A stretch of 64,000 nucleotides of DNA from Octopus bimaculoides. Lineage: Eukaryota. Location: assembly GCF_001194135.2 (NCBI RefSeq), contig NC_068997.1:9768077-9832076 (forward strand), given 5' to 3'. The notes beneath the pieces were generated by a model. It worked only from the letters and a program-made list of their open reading frames with translations, made no database searches and was not told the DNA's origin. The translations under genes were made by a program, and so were the position numbers. The first letter of the stretch is position 1. Every line of letters begins with the position of its first letter. Shown piece by piece: positions 1 through 12,303 of the stretch.

Positions 1-323
1 CTCTGCATTGAGTTTACACGGTCTGTTTTATCAGCTGAATTCCACTTTTATTCTAGTGTCTCATTATAAATGATAAAAAAAAAGGAAACAGAAAAGAAAA
101 ATACAGCATTATGTTAGAAACTGGAGCATTTGCATTAATACATATGAAATATGAATAATTAGAAATATTAGATTTAATTAGCTGACATGAAATCTTACCA
201 TCAGCTGAGTAGCTGCAGACTAATAACCATATATGCAACTTAATTACTTAATTTTCAGACAGTCTCTGCTTGTAGATGCTCAGGTGATGTGTGTTTATTT
301 TTTTGTACTGGGTTGACATTGCA

Positions 324-698
324 TGGCACTCCGTCGCTTACGGCGACGAGGGTTCCAGTTGATCCGATCAACAGAACAGCCTACTCATGAAATTAACGTG
401 TAAGTGGCTGAGCACTCTACAGACACGTGTACCCTTAACGTAGTTCTTGGGGAAATTTAGTGTGACACAGAGTGTGACAAGGCTGGCCCTTAGAAATAAA
501 AGTACAATAGGAAGAAGGAGTGAGAGAAAGCTGTGGCAAAAGAGTACAGCAGAGTTTGCTCTTCCCCCACCCTACCGGAGCCTTGTGGAACTTTAGGTGT
601 TTTTGCTCAATAAACACTCACAATGCCTAGTCTAGGAATCGAAACTGCGATCCTACGACTGCGAGTCCGCTGCTCTAATCATTGGACCATTGCGCCTG
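324..698 (-). mobile_element. tRNA-derived SINE (family B)
   Basis: Minus strand starts with a tRNA-like head (GGCGCAATGG..AATGATTAGAGC..GGTTTCGATTCC); near-identical to the copy at 38047-38512. Confidence 0.8.
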
Positions 699-819
699 CA
701 CACTGGGTTGACATCAAGTCACTGGTGATGTTAGTGTTTTATTCTGACATAATTTATCAACAGATGGCGCTAGTTGCAAAACAAGGAGTTGTAGCACTTT
801 ACCCACCTTTGACTTTTTA

Positions 820-1010
820 TTTGTTTCAGTCATTGGACTGTGACCATGCTGGAGCATCATTTTCAAGGGTTTAATTGGAGAAATTGACCCCAATACTATT
901 TTTTTTAAAGCCAGGCTCTTATTCTATTGGTCTCATTTGCCAATCCAATAAGTTATGGGAACATAAACAAACCAACACTGGTTGACAAGTATTGGTGAAC
1001 ACACACACAC
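820..1010 (-). mobile_element. SINE family C, 3' half
   Basis: ttgtttcagtcatt..gaccatgctggagca..ttattctattggtctc matches copies at 13712 and 41042. Confidence 0.7.
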
Positions 1011-1659
1011 ACCCTATATATATATAGTGGTTAATAATGATTACAATAATAATAGTAATAATGATAATGAGAATATGAGCAATAGTAAGAAACATAATAA
1101 AGTATACATAAAGAGATATAATATACCTAAGAATAACAATTTAATACCGATGATGTCTACTAATAATGATAATATAAAAAATATAAAAAATAAAAAAGAT
1201 ATTATATGGTTAATTATTTCGTGCGGGGATCAAGTTATGCATAATTTATAAATTTTAATTCTTAATATTACAAAGTATAATTTTTATTCTTAATTTTTTA
1301 TTGTTAATTTCTAATTTGTAATTTTTAATCTTTAACACTTAATTGTGTTGCTTATTTTTAAAGGGATGTAAAATTAGATATATATTATTTTGAAATAGAA
1401 CCTGAAGAGATGTTGGAATAATTGTAAATCTGATGATTGCATATATGCATTTATGTATATATATATATAGGTATACAGTTGTGTATATGTATAATAATTG
1501 TAATCTTTCAATACTGAAAAACATGTAGTTCCTTCATATTTAATAAATATAAGTATTAACTAAAGTATGATGTAATTAATGAAGTATATTATATAACTTG
1601 CTGGTAATTTTGGTTATATCCTTTAAATGTTGAATATATATGTATATATTATTTCACAG

Positions 1660-1788
1660 TGGAACACCAAAGTGAAGAGCTGTTCTCCAGCAAAGCTAGA
1701 GATTGTAGAAAATGGTAAGAAGAAGAAAATATCAGGATATGAAGTAATCTTAGCAGACACCATATTGTTTCCTGAAGGTGGCAGACAG
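1660..1788 (+). CDS. AARSD1: AARSD1/AlaX alanyl-tRNA editing protein, internal coding exon (WNTKVKSCSPAKLEIVENGKKKKISGYEVILADTILFPEGGRQ)
   Basis: ttcacag|TGG...CAG|gtaaag, 129 nt, phase 0/0. The translation aligns to my recollection of human AARSD1 FTTTVVSCCPAELQTEGSNGKKEVLSGFQVVLEDTVLFPEGGGQ. The first exon is not seen in the window. Confidence 0.9.
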
Positions 1789-1959
1789 GTAAAGATCAAT
1801 ACATACTTTCTCTTTTGTTTGTTTCATAGAATTGTTTATTTGTTCGAAACGAAGGCTTAAGGGCTCCAGCTGGTCTTGTCAGTAAGATGACGAATAAATA
1901 ATTGAAGAGTTAATTGACTGCTCATATCATGTTACAATCATAATAATCAACCACTGGGT

Positions 1960-2200
1960 GTTTCTGTCTCACGACCAAGGATGCATATGACCAGTTACTT
2001 GGTTTCCATCGAATATAAGTGCCTGAGTGCATAACATGACCCCTGAATGGGATGCTAGTCTCTTGTAGGGTCACTCATTCCAAGCTTATTGGACTGGAAC
2101 AGTGTGAAGTGAGGTGTCTTGCTCAAGAATACAATGCACCACCCACTCTGGGAATTGAAACCATGATCATGTGATTGTGAGAGCAACACCCCAAGCATTA
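1960..2200 (-). mobile_element. tRNA-derived SINE with CORE-like segment (family E)
   Basis: Minus strand: tRNA-like head then gtattcttgagcaagacacctcacttc, resembling the CORE domain; related copies near 37840-38000 and 57780-57990. Confidence 0.55.
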
Positions 2201-2414
2201 GGTTACATGCCTTTGTTTACTGGAACAACAACTGAACTCGGCGTGGCCCAATGCTTTACCAACTCCTTTCAAACCAACCAACCCATACCAGCATGGAAAG
2301 TGGATGTGAAATGATGATGATGATAATACAGACAAGTTCACTGCACCTTGTAGATTCAGAGCATAAAGAGCTGGCAAAAATACTACATGGTATTTCATCT
2401 AACACTGACACACT

Positions 2415-2554
2415 TAATCAGTCTTGGGCAAACTACAGCCTGCAAGACTTTCTAATTGGTGCATGTAACGAAAAATTATCTTGAATTTTTTTAATAGTAT
2501 GGCCCATTTGATGTTGAACTATGTCTCAATAGGCCCACTTCTTGAAAAAGGTTG
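2415..2554. mobile_element. degraded hAT-type MITE
   Basis: Ends cagtcttgggcaaactacagcc... and ...ggttgcccatacctg resemble hAT/Charlie TIRs; no clean TSD. Confidence 0.4.
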
Positions 2555-4646
2555 CCCATACCTGCTCTAATTTCTATCTGTTTACCACCTTCTAATGTGG
2601 CCTTTCTTTATTTAAAATGGTGTGGTATAATTAAAGGGGGATTTGGCTGCTATTCCTAGCAGTTTTAATGACCACATAGAAGTTCCATTATTGGCTCAAT
2701 TCCCTCTTTGACTCACGAAAAATCTTAGCTATATTTTGTCTTATGGATTAAACTTTATAAATACTATAAATGCCACTATAGCTGGTCTTGCAGTTAATCC
2801 TATTCAATATAATGGGTTTTTTTAAAAATCAGTGTTGGACAAAAATCTTTGCAACTGAACTCTTTTTCTGTAAGATTTTTTTCTTCTTGCATTTGTATTT
2901 ACTTAAACTTCATTCGGTACCTTTCACAGTTTTTGGTAACCTTTCTGGTTTTCTATTCACATCTCTTCTGACATATTTTCCTGTTGTTAGTTGTTTCCTG
3001 CTTTCTTCATGTGAATTCACACCACTTCTTTGATCTTGTTCAGATAACCTTTCGTTTTTTTTCTTTTTCGTTTTCTTTTTCTTATTCGTATTTTATTTTA
3101 GTGATAAAACCACCAGGAAATAGAAAATACATTTGCGAAATCAGAATAATTTTCCTGTATCAAATTTAGTTGTAAAAGACAATACAAAACAAACAAAATA
3201 ATAATAACAGTAACAACAACAACAACAACAACAGTAGTAGTAGTGGTAGTGGTAGTTGTAAAAGTCATGATAATATAACAGAATGGCGGATAGAACATTG
3301 GAATTGCTTGAAAGAAAACAGAAATGATCTTATTCTTCTGCTGTGTTCCACTTAATTAACAAACAACTAATCAATTGATGTGTATATAAAGCTCACTGGA
3401 GTATATACTCTCCAGCAGCAACAGCAGCAACAACAATAAAAAAAAAAGATAATATATATTTAAGGGAGGAGAAAAAAAACCAAAAAAAAAAAAGGTATTT
3501 TTCTTCTTAACAATGACACCCAAGAAAATAAACTAGGAGAAAACTCAGTGTGTATATGTTTGCTTTTTAAACTCTTTAAATAGCTCCATAACTATCCCTA
3601 AATATCTTTGAACCAANNNNNNNNNNNNNNNNNNNNNNNNNNNNNNNNNNNNNNNNNNNNNNNNNNNNNNNNNNNNNNNNNNNNNNNNNNNNNNNNNNNN
3701 NNNNNNNNNNNNNNNNNNNNNNNNNNNNNNNNNNNNNNNNNNNNNNNNNNNNNNNNNNNNNNNNNNNNNNNNNNNNNNNNNNNNNNNNNNNNNNNNNNNN
3801 NNNNNNNNNNNNNNNNNNNNNNNNNNNNNNNNNNNNNNNAAAGTAAATAATGAATAAAAACAAACACTTAACATCATTGATTGATTTCAAATGTAAATAT
3901 ATTTTAAATTCAACTTTGCATATGCTTCTTTTAAGATAGTTAAAGCTGGTGGCGCTTCTTGGTGGTGGTGGTGGTGGGGAAACAACACCAGCACTCCTCT
4001 GCCCCACCCATTCCCCCTTTCACTTCCTCATATTTGTTTTCTTCATGTTTTTTTTGTGTCTTTGTTGTTTTATTTATTATTTTTTTTTTGTGCGTGGTTG
4101 CATTTTTCTTTTTCTTTTTAACGTTTTTTGTTTCATCTTCTTCCTGAGCTCAAAAATAAAACTGCCCTGACAACAACAACAACAACAACAACAATAACAA
4201 CAGCAACAATGACAACATCAACAATGGTACCATTTACACTAACACAGATATCACCACCACCACCACCAACAAAAACAACAAAAACAGCAAGAACTGCCAA
4301 GCAATAAATCACTTGACATTGTTCTCAGCTGATTTGAAGTGATCAGCTTAGCTAAGATAATTTTACAAATGGTCACCTGCAAACAGAAGACACATGTAAC
4401 TAATAAACATCTCTATAAATAGAGTTTGTAACATAGGTGTGTAGGGACCGACGTCCCCACAGCCATGCACACATGCACACACATGCATACATACATTTCT
4501 GGAATAAATAAATAAATGAGTGGAAATTGAACTGGTGAGTGTGTTATATAAAGGCACTGTGACTCTCCCCTGACGCAACAAAATTTGTTTCAACACATAA
4601 ATTCACATAAAGAATCTTGCAAACCAAATACAAAAACAAAATTACT

Positions 4647-4687
<41 letters not shown>

Positions 4688-5123
4688 NNNNNNNNNNNNN
4701 NNNNNNNNNNNNNNNNNNNNNNNNNNNNNNNNNNNNNNNNNNNNNNNNNNNNNNNNNNNNNNNNNNNNNNNNNNNNNNNNNNNNNNNNNNNNNNNNNNNN
4801 NNNNNNNNNNNNNNNNNNNNNNNNNNNNNNNNNNNNNNNNNNNNNNNNNNNNNNNNNNNNNNNNNNNNNNNNNNNNNNNNNNNNNNNNNNNNNNNNNNNN
4901 NNNNNNNNNNNNNNNNNNNNNNNNNNNNNNNNNNNNNNNNNNNNNNNNNNNNNNNNNNNNNNNNNNNNNNNNNNNNNNNNNNNNNNNNNNNNNNNNNNNN
5001 NNNNNNNNNNNNNNNNNNTATATATATATATATATATATATGAATTACTTTACATTTTACCTTTCCTCATCTGAAGAGATCTTTCTGTCATTTCTTTTTA
5101 AATCTTGATAAATTAATATGTGA

Positions 5124-5320
5124 CTGGCCCTCGTGCCGGTGGCACGTAAAAGCACCCACTACACTCTCGGAGTGGTTGGCATTAGGAAGGGCATCCAGCT
5201 GTAGAAACTCTGCCAGATCAGATTGGAGCCTGGTGCAGCCACCTGGTTTGCCAGTCCTCAGTCAAATTGTCCAACCCATGCTAGCATGGAAAGCGGACGT
5301 TAGACGATGATGATGATGAT
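5124..5320 (+). mobile_element. RTE-type 3' end / SINE family A with (GAT)n tail
   Basis: ..ggaagggcatccagctgtagaaactctgcc..caacccatgctagcatggaaagcggacgtta..gatgatgat; more than 10 related copies in the window. Confidence 0.8.
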
Positions 5321-5429
5321 ATATATATATACCAGAACTAGAGAAGTTTCAGGTATGGAAGCAAAGTCTAGAATCGAAGGGCCTTAGAGTTAACCTAGAA
5401 AAAACCCAAAGTTTTAGTAAGTAGGAAGG

Positions 5430-6229
5430 CAGACAAATCACAAATACCTTCAGGTAGATGGTCCTGCTCAATCTGTAGAAAAGGCATAGGCAGAAACTCC
5501 ATTAGATGTACCCAGTGTAAGCTATGGACACATAAGAGGTGTAGCAATATCAGAGCAAAGTTAACAGGGTAAATAACTTGTGTGTGGAAGATGCACAGGT
5601 ACAATAAACACCGAAAATGTACAGAAAACAAACTTCATCAAGTGCCAGTGGAGTAAGTTAGAGGTAGTATATAGCTTCCGTTATCTAGGTGATCAAGTTA
5701 GTAGTGGAGGTGGATGCTCTGAGAGTGTAGCTGTGAGAATAAGAATAGGCTGGGCAAAGTTCAGGGAGCTCCTACTTCTGCTGGCAACAACGGGCCTCTT
5801 CATCAGAGTGAAAGGCAGATTGTATGATGTCTGTTTGTGAACAGCTATGCTACATGGCAGTGAAATATGATTGGCTGTGACAGCTGAGGACATGTAGGCT
5901 TAAAAGAAATGAAACCAGTATGCTTCAGTGCATGAATAGCAGAGTGTAAGCATCTTGAGAGAGCAGTTGGGCATAAGATGCATCACATGTGGTGTGCAAG
6001 AGAGACAACTGCACTGGTATGGTCATGTGATGCATATGGACAGCTGTGTAAAGAAGTGGTGATCTCTAACTGGAGAGAACCTGTGGTAGGGGTAGACCCA
6101 GGAAGACATGAGGTGGCGAAGCATGATCTTTGTATTTTGGATCAGATTGGACCTGGTGCAGCCATCTGGTTTGCCAGTCAAATCATCCAACCCATGCTAG
6201 CATGGAAAGCAGACGTTAAACGATGATGA

Positions 6230-6235
<6 letters not shown>
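5430..6235 (+). mobile_element. RTE-clade LINE fragment (degraded ORF C-terminus plus tail)
   Basis: CSICRKGIGRNSIRCTQCKLWTHKRC, FRYLGDQVSSGGGCSESVAVRIRIGWAKFRELL, MLHGSE; frameshifts and stops; ends in family A tail. Confidence 0.85.
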
Positions 6236-6295
<60 letters not shown>

Positions 6296-6972
6296 ATAAG
6301 CATGTATGTACAGGAATTAAGGATGTGAAACAGTATTACAGTAATTAGGGATGTGAAACAGAATTTAGCCATCTTGTGCAGATCTTGATGCTCCACTTTC
6401 TCCCTCCTTGGGTAACTGAAACTCTCAACCATGACTAGATCTTAACAATTAACATACTGAATGAGAAAGCAATTGGTTTTCTGTGTTTAATTGATATTCA
6501 CAAAACAGCAATTTTCCTAAAAGAAAAAAAGAAAGAGATAAGAAAACGACCTACACAAATCCACTGAAAGACTTAAGCTCCATGTGCTTCTTAGCATAAC
6601 TAATTTAAAAGAGAATCTTTTAACATATTTAATACTCTGCACATTAAATATGTCGACATTAACTTAGTTATAAAAACTAGTCTTGTTTGATACTTCATAC
6701 ATATCTTGTTGGTACAAAATACAATCATAATACAACAGAAAGCAACAATGTTGTCGTTTAGTTGATGTAACTATTAACTACTTTGGTTTTGTTTTTTTTT
6801 TGTTTAATAAACAAGTTACCCCAGCCCCACTTATATAGACTTAGGATACACATGTCACTTTGACATGACTTAGTATCGCCTGAGAGTTGATGATGGAGAC
6901 TGTGTACTCTTATCAACCTCCTCTATGTCTTTTCCTTCTTTTTCTTTTCTCCTTTTTTTACATGCTGTAGAT

Positions 6973-7180
6973 ATCATCATCCTCATCGTTGTTTAACGTC
7001 CACTTGGGTTGGGCGATTTGACTGAGGACTGGTGGACCAGGAGGTGACACCAGGCTCCAATCTGATTTGGCAGAGTTTCTACAGCTGGATGCCCTTCTTA
7101 ACGCCAACCACTCCGAGAGTGTAGTGGGTGCTTTTACGTGCCACCAGCACGAGGGCCAGTCAGGTGGTACTGGCAACGGC
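6973..7180 (-). mobile_element. family A copy, inverted relative to 5124-5320
   Basis: Reverse complement matches 5124-5320 over ~190 nt. Confidence 0.8.
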
Positions 7181-8389
7181 CATCAGATGTAAAGGCATGT
7201 GGCTTAGCGGTTAGGTCATTCGGCTCATGATCGTAAGGTCACAGGTTCAATTCCTGGTGACATGTTGTGTCCTTTCTCAACATACTCACAAGATAGTGTG
7301 GATTTCTACTTGGAGCCTTTTCCATAACATTAGCTGAGACTCTCTTTGGAGTCCCTTGGGCAATCCAGTGACTGCTTTGTTTGACACCCTTCTGGTAACT
7401 CCAGAGTAGGTGGAGCTCTTCAGCTCTGCAACGCAATTCATCTCGGAGAAGGTCACTCCAGTGTTAAAACTTACAGCTTGCTGGTCAACCCAGTCATCTT
7501 AGCTGACCGAGCGATTGTGGGCAGGTCTTCTTGTTTAAAGAGTAGCGTCAGATTGAGTGTACCGGTTCTTAATTTAAAATCACCAACCACTAACAGGAAG
7601 AAAAGCCCTACAGATTCAAGGGTCAGTTTATGTTGCCAATTGAGGGTAGGCCACTTTTCTATGTGATCTTTGCTATCATCATCATCATCATCACTACAAA
7701 CATCACCACCATCACAACAACCACTACCACCACTATTACCACCATTTCCACTGCCGCCGCCACCACCACCACAATCACATATTGTGCTAATAATAGAAGC
7801 CATACATATTGAACCAATACATAGTGTGTCCATACCACACACTCCACACCACACAGCATACCCCACAATTATTTTGTCCATGAGACATACGCACATTATG
7901 TCCACGGGACACACTACATACACTGTCAGCCTAGTATATATTACATATACAATGTCCATGGTACATACTCAGCATTTATTGTGTCCATAGTATGTACTAT
8001 GTCCACACACTATGTATCGTTAGTATGTATGTATAGGGCCTTGTAGAAACCAATTTGAATCTCCTCGGTGGCAAAGATAAAAGAGTTATAAAGCATTGAC
8101 ATCTTTGTGCAGATTCCCAAACAGTGAAATGAACAAACCATGACAATGTTGTTTGAGACTATTTTTATCTATTGATCCTCATTGCAATCAATACTACAAT
8201 CTATCATGTGTGTATATTGGTGAAAGTTTCTATATATATACATATATATATGTGTGTGTGTGTGCACATGCATGCGTGTTTGTGTGCCCATGTATGCGTG
8301 TGTGTGTGCAGAAATAATAATAACAACAGTAATATTATCTTTCTCTCTCTCTCCTTCTCTCTTTATATTTTATATATTCTTTTCTACTC

Positions 8390-8850
8390 TAGGCACAAAA
8401 CCTGAAATTTTTGGGGGGGAGGGGTCCAGTCAATTAGATCGACCCCAGTACCAACTGGTACTTAATTTATTGACCCCGAAAGGATGAAAGGCAAAATCGA
8501 NNNNNNNNNNNNNNNNNNNNNNNNNNNNNNNNNNNNNNNNNNNNNNNNNNNNNNNNNNNNNNNNNNNNNNNNNNNNNNNNNNNNNNNNNNNNNNNNNNNN
8601 NNNNNNNNNNNNNNNNNNNNNNNNNNNNNNNNNNNNNNNNNNNNNNNNNNNNNNNNNNNNNNNNNNNNNNNNNNNNNNNNNNNNNNNNNNNNNNNNNNNN
8701 NNNNNNNNNNNNNTAGTACTCATTTTATTGACCATGAAAAGATGATCGGCAAAATCGACCCCAGCAGAATTTGAACTCAAAACATAGCAGCAGACAAAAT
8801 ACCAGCAAGCATTACACCCGACATGCTAATGATTCTGTCAGCTCGCTGCC
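8390..8850 (-). mobile_element. tRNA-derived SINE family D (split by gap)
   Basis: Contains the reverse complement of gactttgcctttcatcctttcggggtcaataaattaagtaccagt; other copies at 34285, 43400, 45940, 56078, 61465. Confidence 0.7.
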
Positions 8851-8863
8851 ATTTTATATAATT

Positions 8864-8895
<32 letters not shown>

Positions 8896-9017
8896 GATGA
8901 TACATATAGAATGTATCTAGATGTGTGAGTGTGTATGCATATGAGCGTGCATGTGTGTGTCATGCCAGAATGGAAGGCAGAGGTTAAACGATGATGATGA
9001 TGATAAAGATGTGCATA

Positions 9018-9064
<47 letters not shown>

Positions 9065-10419
9065 TTTTTTAATAAATAATATAATATATTTATGAATTTG
9101 TGTGTGGTTGCAAGATTGTGTGAGTATGTATGTGACATGATATGATACAAAAGGCTATTTCCTATCCATAACATTGAAGATATAAAAAAATTAACAACAG
9201 CAATAACAACAACAACAACAACAATGATAATGATAATACAATATAAGAAAAATATAAATGCATTATTATGAAAATGATTTTCATACCATTTGTATACAAA
9301 TTATAAGCAAAACGGGAAATTGTAAAATATATGTATGAGGAGTCAGTTCGTTCTTGTTATTGTGGTTGTTCTTGTTGTCACTAAACTTTCTTCGTGTCTT
9401 TGTGTCACCATCATCTCCTGCTCCTCCTTTATCTGTTGCCCTCATCACCATCATCATCATCATCATCAGTGTGTGGGTCTTCCTGATAGCTTCTTTGCTG
9501 TTATGCAATTACTTGTATCTGCTGGTGGTGTGCCTCGCCTTATTGAATGGCACTTGTTATAACTAATCATGGAAATCATATGAAAAAAGAAAGAAAAAAA
9601 GAAACAGGAAATAAATTACCACCACCACCACCACCACCACCACCACCGCCGCTACCTCCCCTTGTCGTTGTTGTCATCATCATAATGATCACCACGATCA
9701 CCATAGTCATCATCATCATCGTCATATGGATCACCATAATCATCGTCATGATCATGATCATCACTGCCACCACCACCACCACCAACAACAACAATCACAG
9801 CAACAACATTAAGTATGGGATAAATAAATTGATATAAGGAAAAAAGAATCTTTCCTCACCTGCCTTTTCACCCCACCTCCACCTAATTGCCACCACCAGC
9901 ACCAGCAGCAGCAGCAGTATTATGATCGGCACCATCCTCTTCCCATTTCATTATTTTCTGAACAGCATCATATATTGTATTTTCCTTATTTCCTTATGCT
10001 CATCATCATCATCATCATCATCATCGTCGTCATTGCTATCATCATCACCACCACCGCCACCACCATCATAACTTCCACCACCACCTTGCCTCTCTTTCAC
10101 TGTATTATTATTGTTATTGCCATCATCTTCAGCAGCAGCAGCAAGCCCGCTGCTGTTGTGATGAAGGTTAAACGTCAGTTTTTGTGACCCTGGTTTCTGA
10201 TTCACTTTTCTGCAATACTCATTTTTCTTCATCTGTTTCCATTATTCTGGGACTTCTCTCTCAGACTTCCCCAATTTACTCACATATAGGCACAGGAGTG
10301 GCTGTGTGGTAAGTAGCTTGTTTCCCAACCACATGGTTCTGGGTTCAGTCCTACTGCATGGCAGTAGGACAACACAAATACCAGCACACAACAACACAAA
10401 TACCAAATATATTCAATTC

Positions 10420-10700
10420 ACTTCTTGAATTGTCAATGGCCCTTTGCCATGTGGTTTTAAGGCACCCCACTGTGCTTTACCCCTCAGTCCGCCACTTTAA
10501 TGCTACCTTACAATCACTTTCTTGATTTTGTCCAAGGACTCGTCCAATCCAGTTCCAGCATCTTCATCGGATTTCATCACTGATCCTGTTGATACCTGTT
10601 GTCTGTTGTCGTCTCAACTGTATCACTTCTGACTCATTGCAAACACTTGATACTTTGTATTTTCCTTAAACACATGAACTGGAAGCTGTCCATTGTTTTT
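10420..10700 (-). mobile_element. RTE LINE C-terminal fragment (second subfamily)
   Basis: Minus: MDSFQFMCLRKI...INRISDEIR*RCWNWIGRVLGQNQESDCKVALKWRTEG*..KTTWQR, typical RTE 'RWxWIGH..W.PEG.R..GRP..TW' region. Confidence 0.75.
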
Positions 10701-10789
10701 TTTCTCTCATTTTTGTCACAACACAATAGACAGCTTCCATTAATTTACCCAGCCAATGCCAGTACTGCCTTTTCATGGCCAATGCCAGT

Positions 10790-11315
10790 ACTGCCTGACT
10801 AGCACTCGTGCCATCTGAATGGCCCTGTGCTGGTGGCATGTAAAAAACATCCACTACACTCTCTGAGTGGTTGGTGTTAGGAAGGGCATCCAGCTGTAGA
10901 AACCTTGCCAGGTCATATTGGTGCATAGTGTAGCTTCCTGGCCTGCCAGTCCTCAATCAAACCGTCCAACCCATGCCAGCATGGAAAGCGGACATTAAAT
11001 GATGATGATATCCCTTTGTCCAACCGTTCCCTCTTACAAGTTACCACCAGCTCAGCTCTATGAACTTGCCCCCACCTCTGCCATCTTTCTCTTACTCCAA
11101 CTTCTCCTTGTATCAATTACCATCGGCTCAGCTGAGTACACTTACCCAGACACTGTACATTTCTTGGCATCAGGAAGGGCATCCAGTTGTAGAAACCATG
11201 CCAAAGCTGACCACTGGCATTCAGTGCAGCACCCTGCTGTTTACCAGGTCCTGTCCAACCGTCCAACCCATGCCAGCATGGAAAACGGACACTAAACGAC
11301 TATGATGATGATGAT
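10790..11315 (+). mobile_element. two family A tails in series
   Basis: ggaagggcatccag..caacccatgccagcatggaaa..gatgatgat at 10850-11010 and 11170-11315. Confidence 0.7.
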
Positions 11316-11679
11316 GTCAGTGCTAACACAGTTAACATAGTGAACCAATAGATGTTAATTAATTAAATTACGTCCCTGGCGAGGTAATAAAGTCATTAGC
11401 TTAATAATTAATTCTGGACAACAAAATCAATAGAAATAATTCTGAAATTTTAATTAATTAATTAATTGAAATTTTAAAAATTAGTTGACCTACTTTTTCT
11501 TCGATTATTTACCAAGACTTTCAGTCTCACTACATGGCACTTCGGGCAAGTGTCTTCCACTATAGATGTGGACCAACCTGAAGCTTTGTGAGTGGATTTG
11601 ATGGACAGAAACTGAAAAAAGCCCATTATAAATATGTGTGTGTGTGTGTATGTATATGTCCTTGTATTGACAATCACAT

Positions 11680-11838
11680 CATCATCATCATCATCATCGT
11701 TTAACGTCCGCTTTCCATGCTAGCATGGGTTGGACGATTTGACTGAGGACTGGTGAAACCGGATGGCAACACCAGGCTCCAGTCTGATTTGGCAGAGTTT
11801 CTACAGCTGGATGCCCTTCCTAACGCCAACCACTCAGA
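11680..11838 (-). mobile_element. family A copy
   Basis: Reverse complement nearly identical to 32186-32350. Confidence 0.8.
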
Positions 11839-11839
11839 G

Positions 11840-12303
11840 AAATGAGGATCACCGTCACACAAGCGAGGTTGTTTGTTTTCAGTGGTTCCAACAGGATGGT
11901 GCCCCCTGCCCATTTTGTCATGGCAGTAAGAGATTGACTGAATGACAATTCCCTAACTGGATTGGATGAAGTGGTCTCCTCATTCACCAGACTGTAGCCC
12001 TGTTGACTTCTTTTTCTGGGGTCTGCTAAAGGAGAAAGTGTTCCCAATGAAAATCACAGATGCAACACATTTGATGGAATGCATAAAGAATGAATGTGCT
12101 CAAATTGATGCCAGTGTGGGGTTATTGCATTGAGTTCCCATAAATCTTGCAAAGCACATTGACCCTTGCATCACAAATGGTGGAAATCATAATGATATTA
12201 TTTGATAATATTCCAAGTGAATAAAATGTTGTTGAAAATTTTATGTGTATTTCTTAAAAATATATATTTTAATTATGTGTCCAGATTTTAGGGACACCCT
12301 GTA
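11840..12303 (+). mobile_element. Tc1/mariner-superfamily transposase 3' remnant with right terminus
   Basis: WFQQDGAP, then SPDCSPVDFFFWGLLKEKVF in a shifted frame (catalytic D region); ends in GGACACCCTG|TA. Confidence 0.75.

Noticed and set aside
623-874. ORF (MALVAKQGVVALY..) as AARSD1 first exon
   Set aside because: No resemblance to the AARSD1 N-terminus and it spans SINE sequence; exon 1 is probably upstream of the window.
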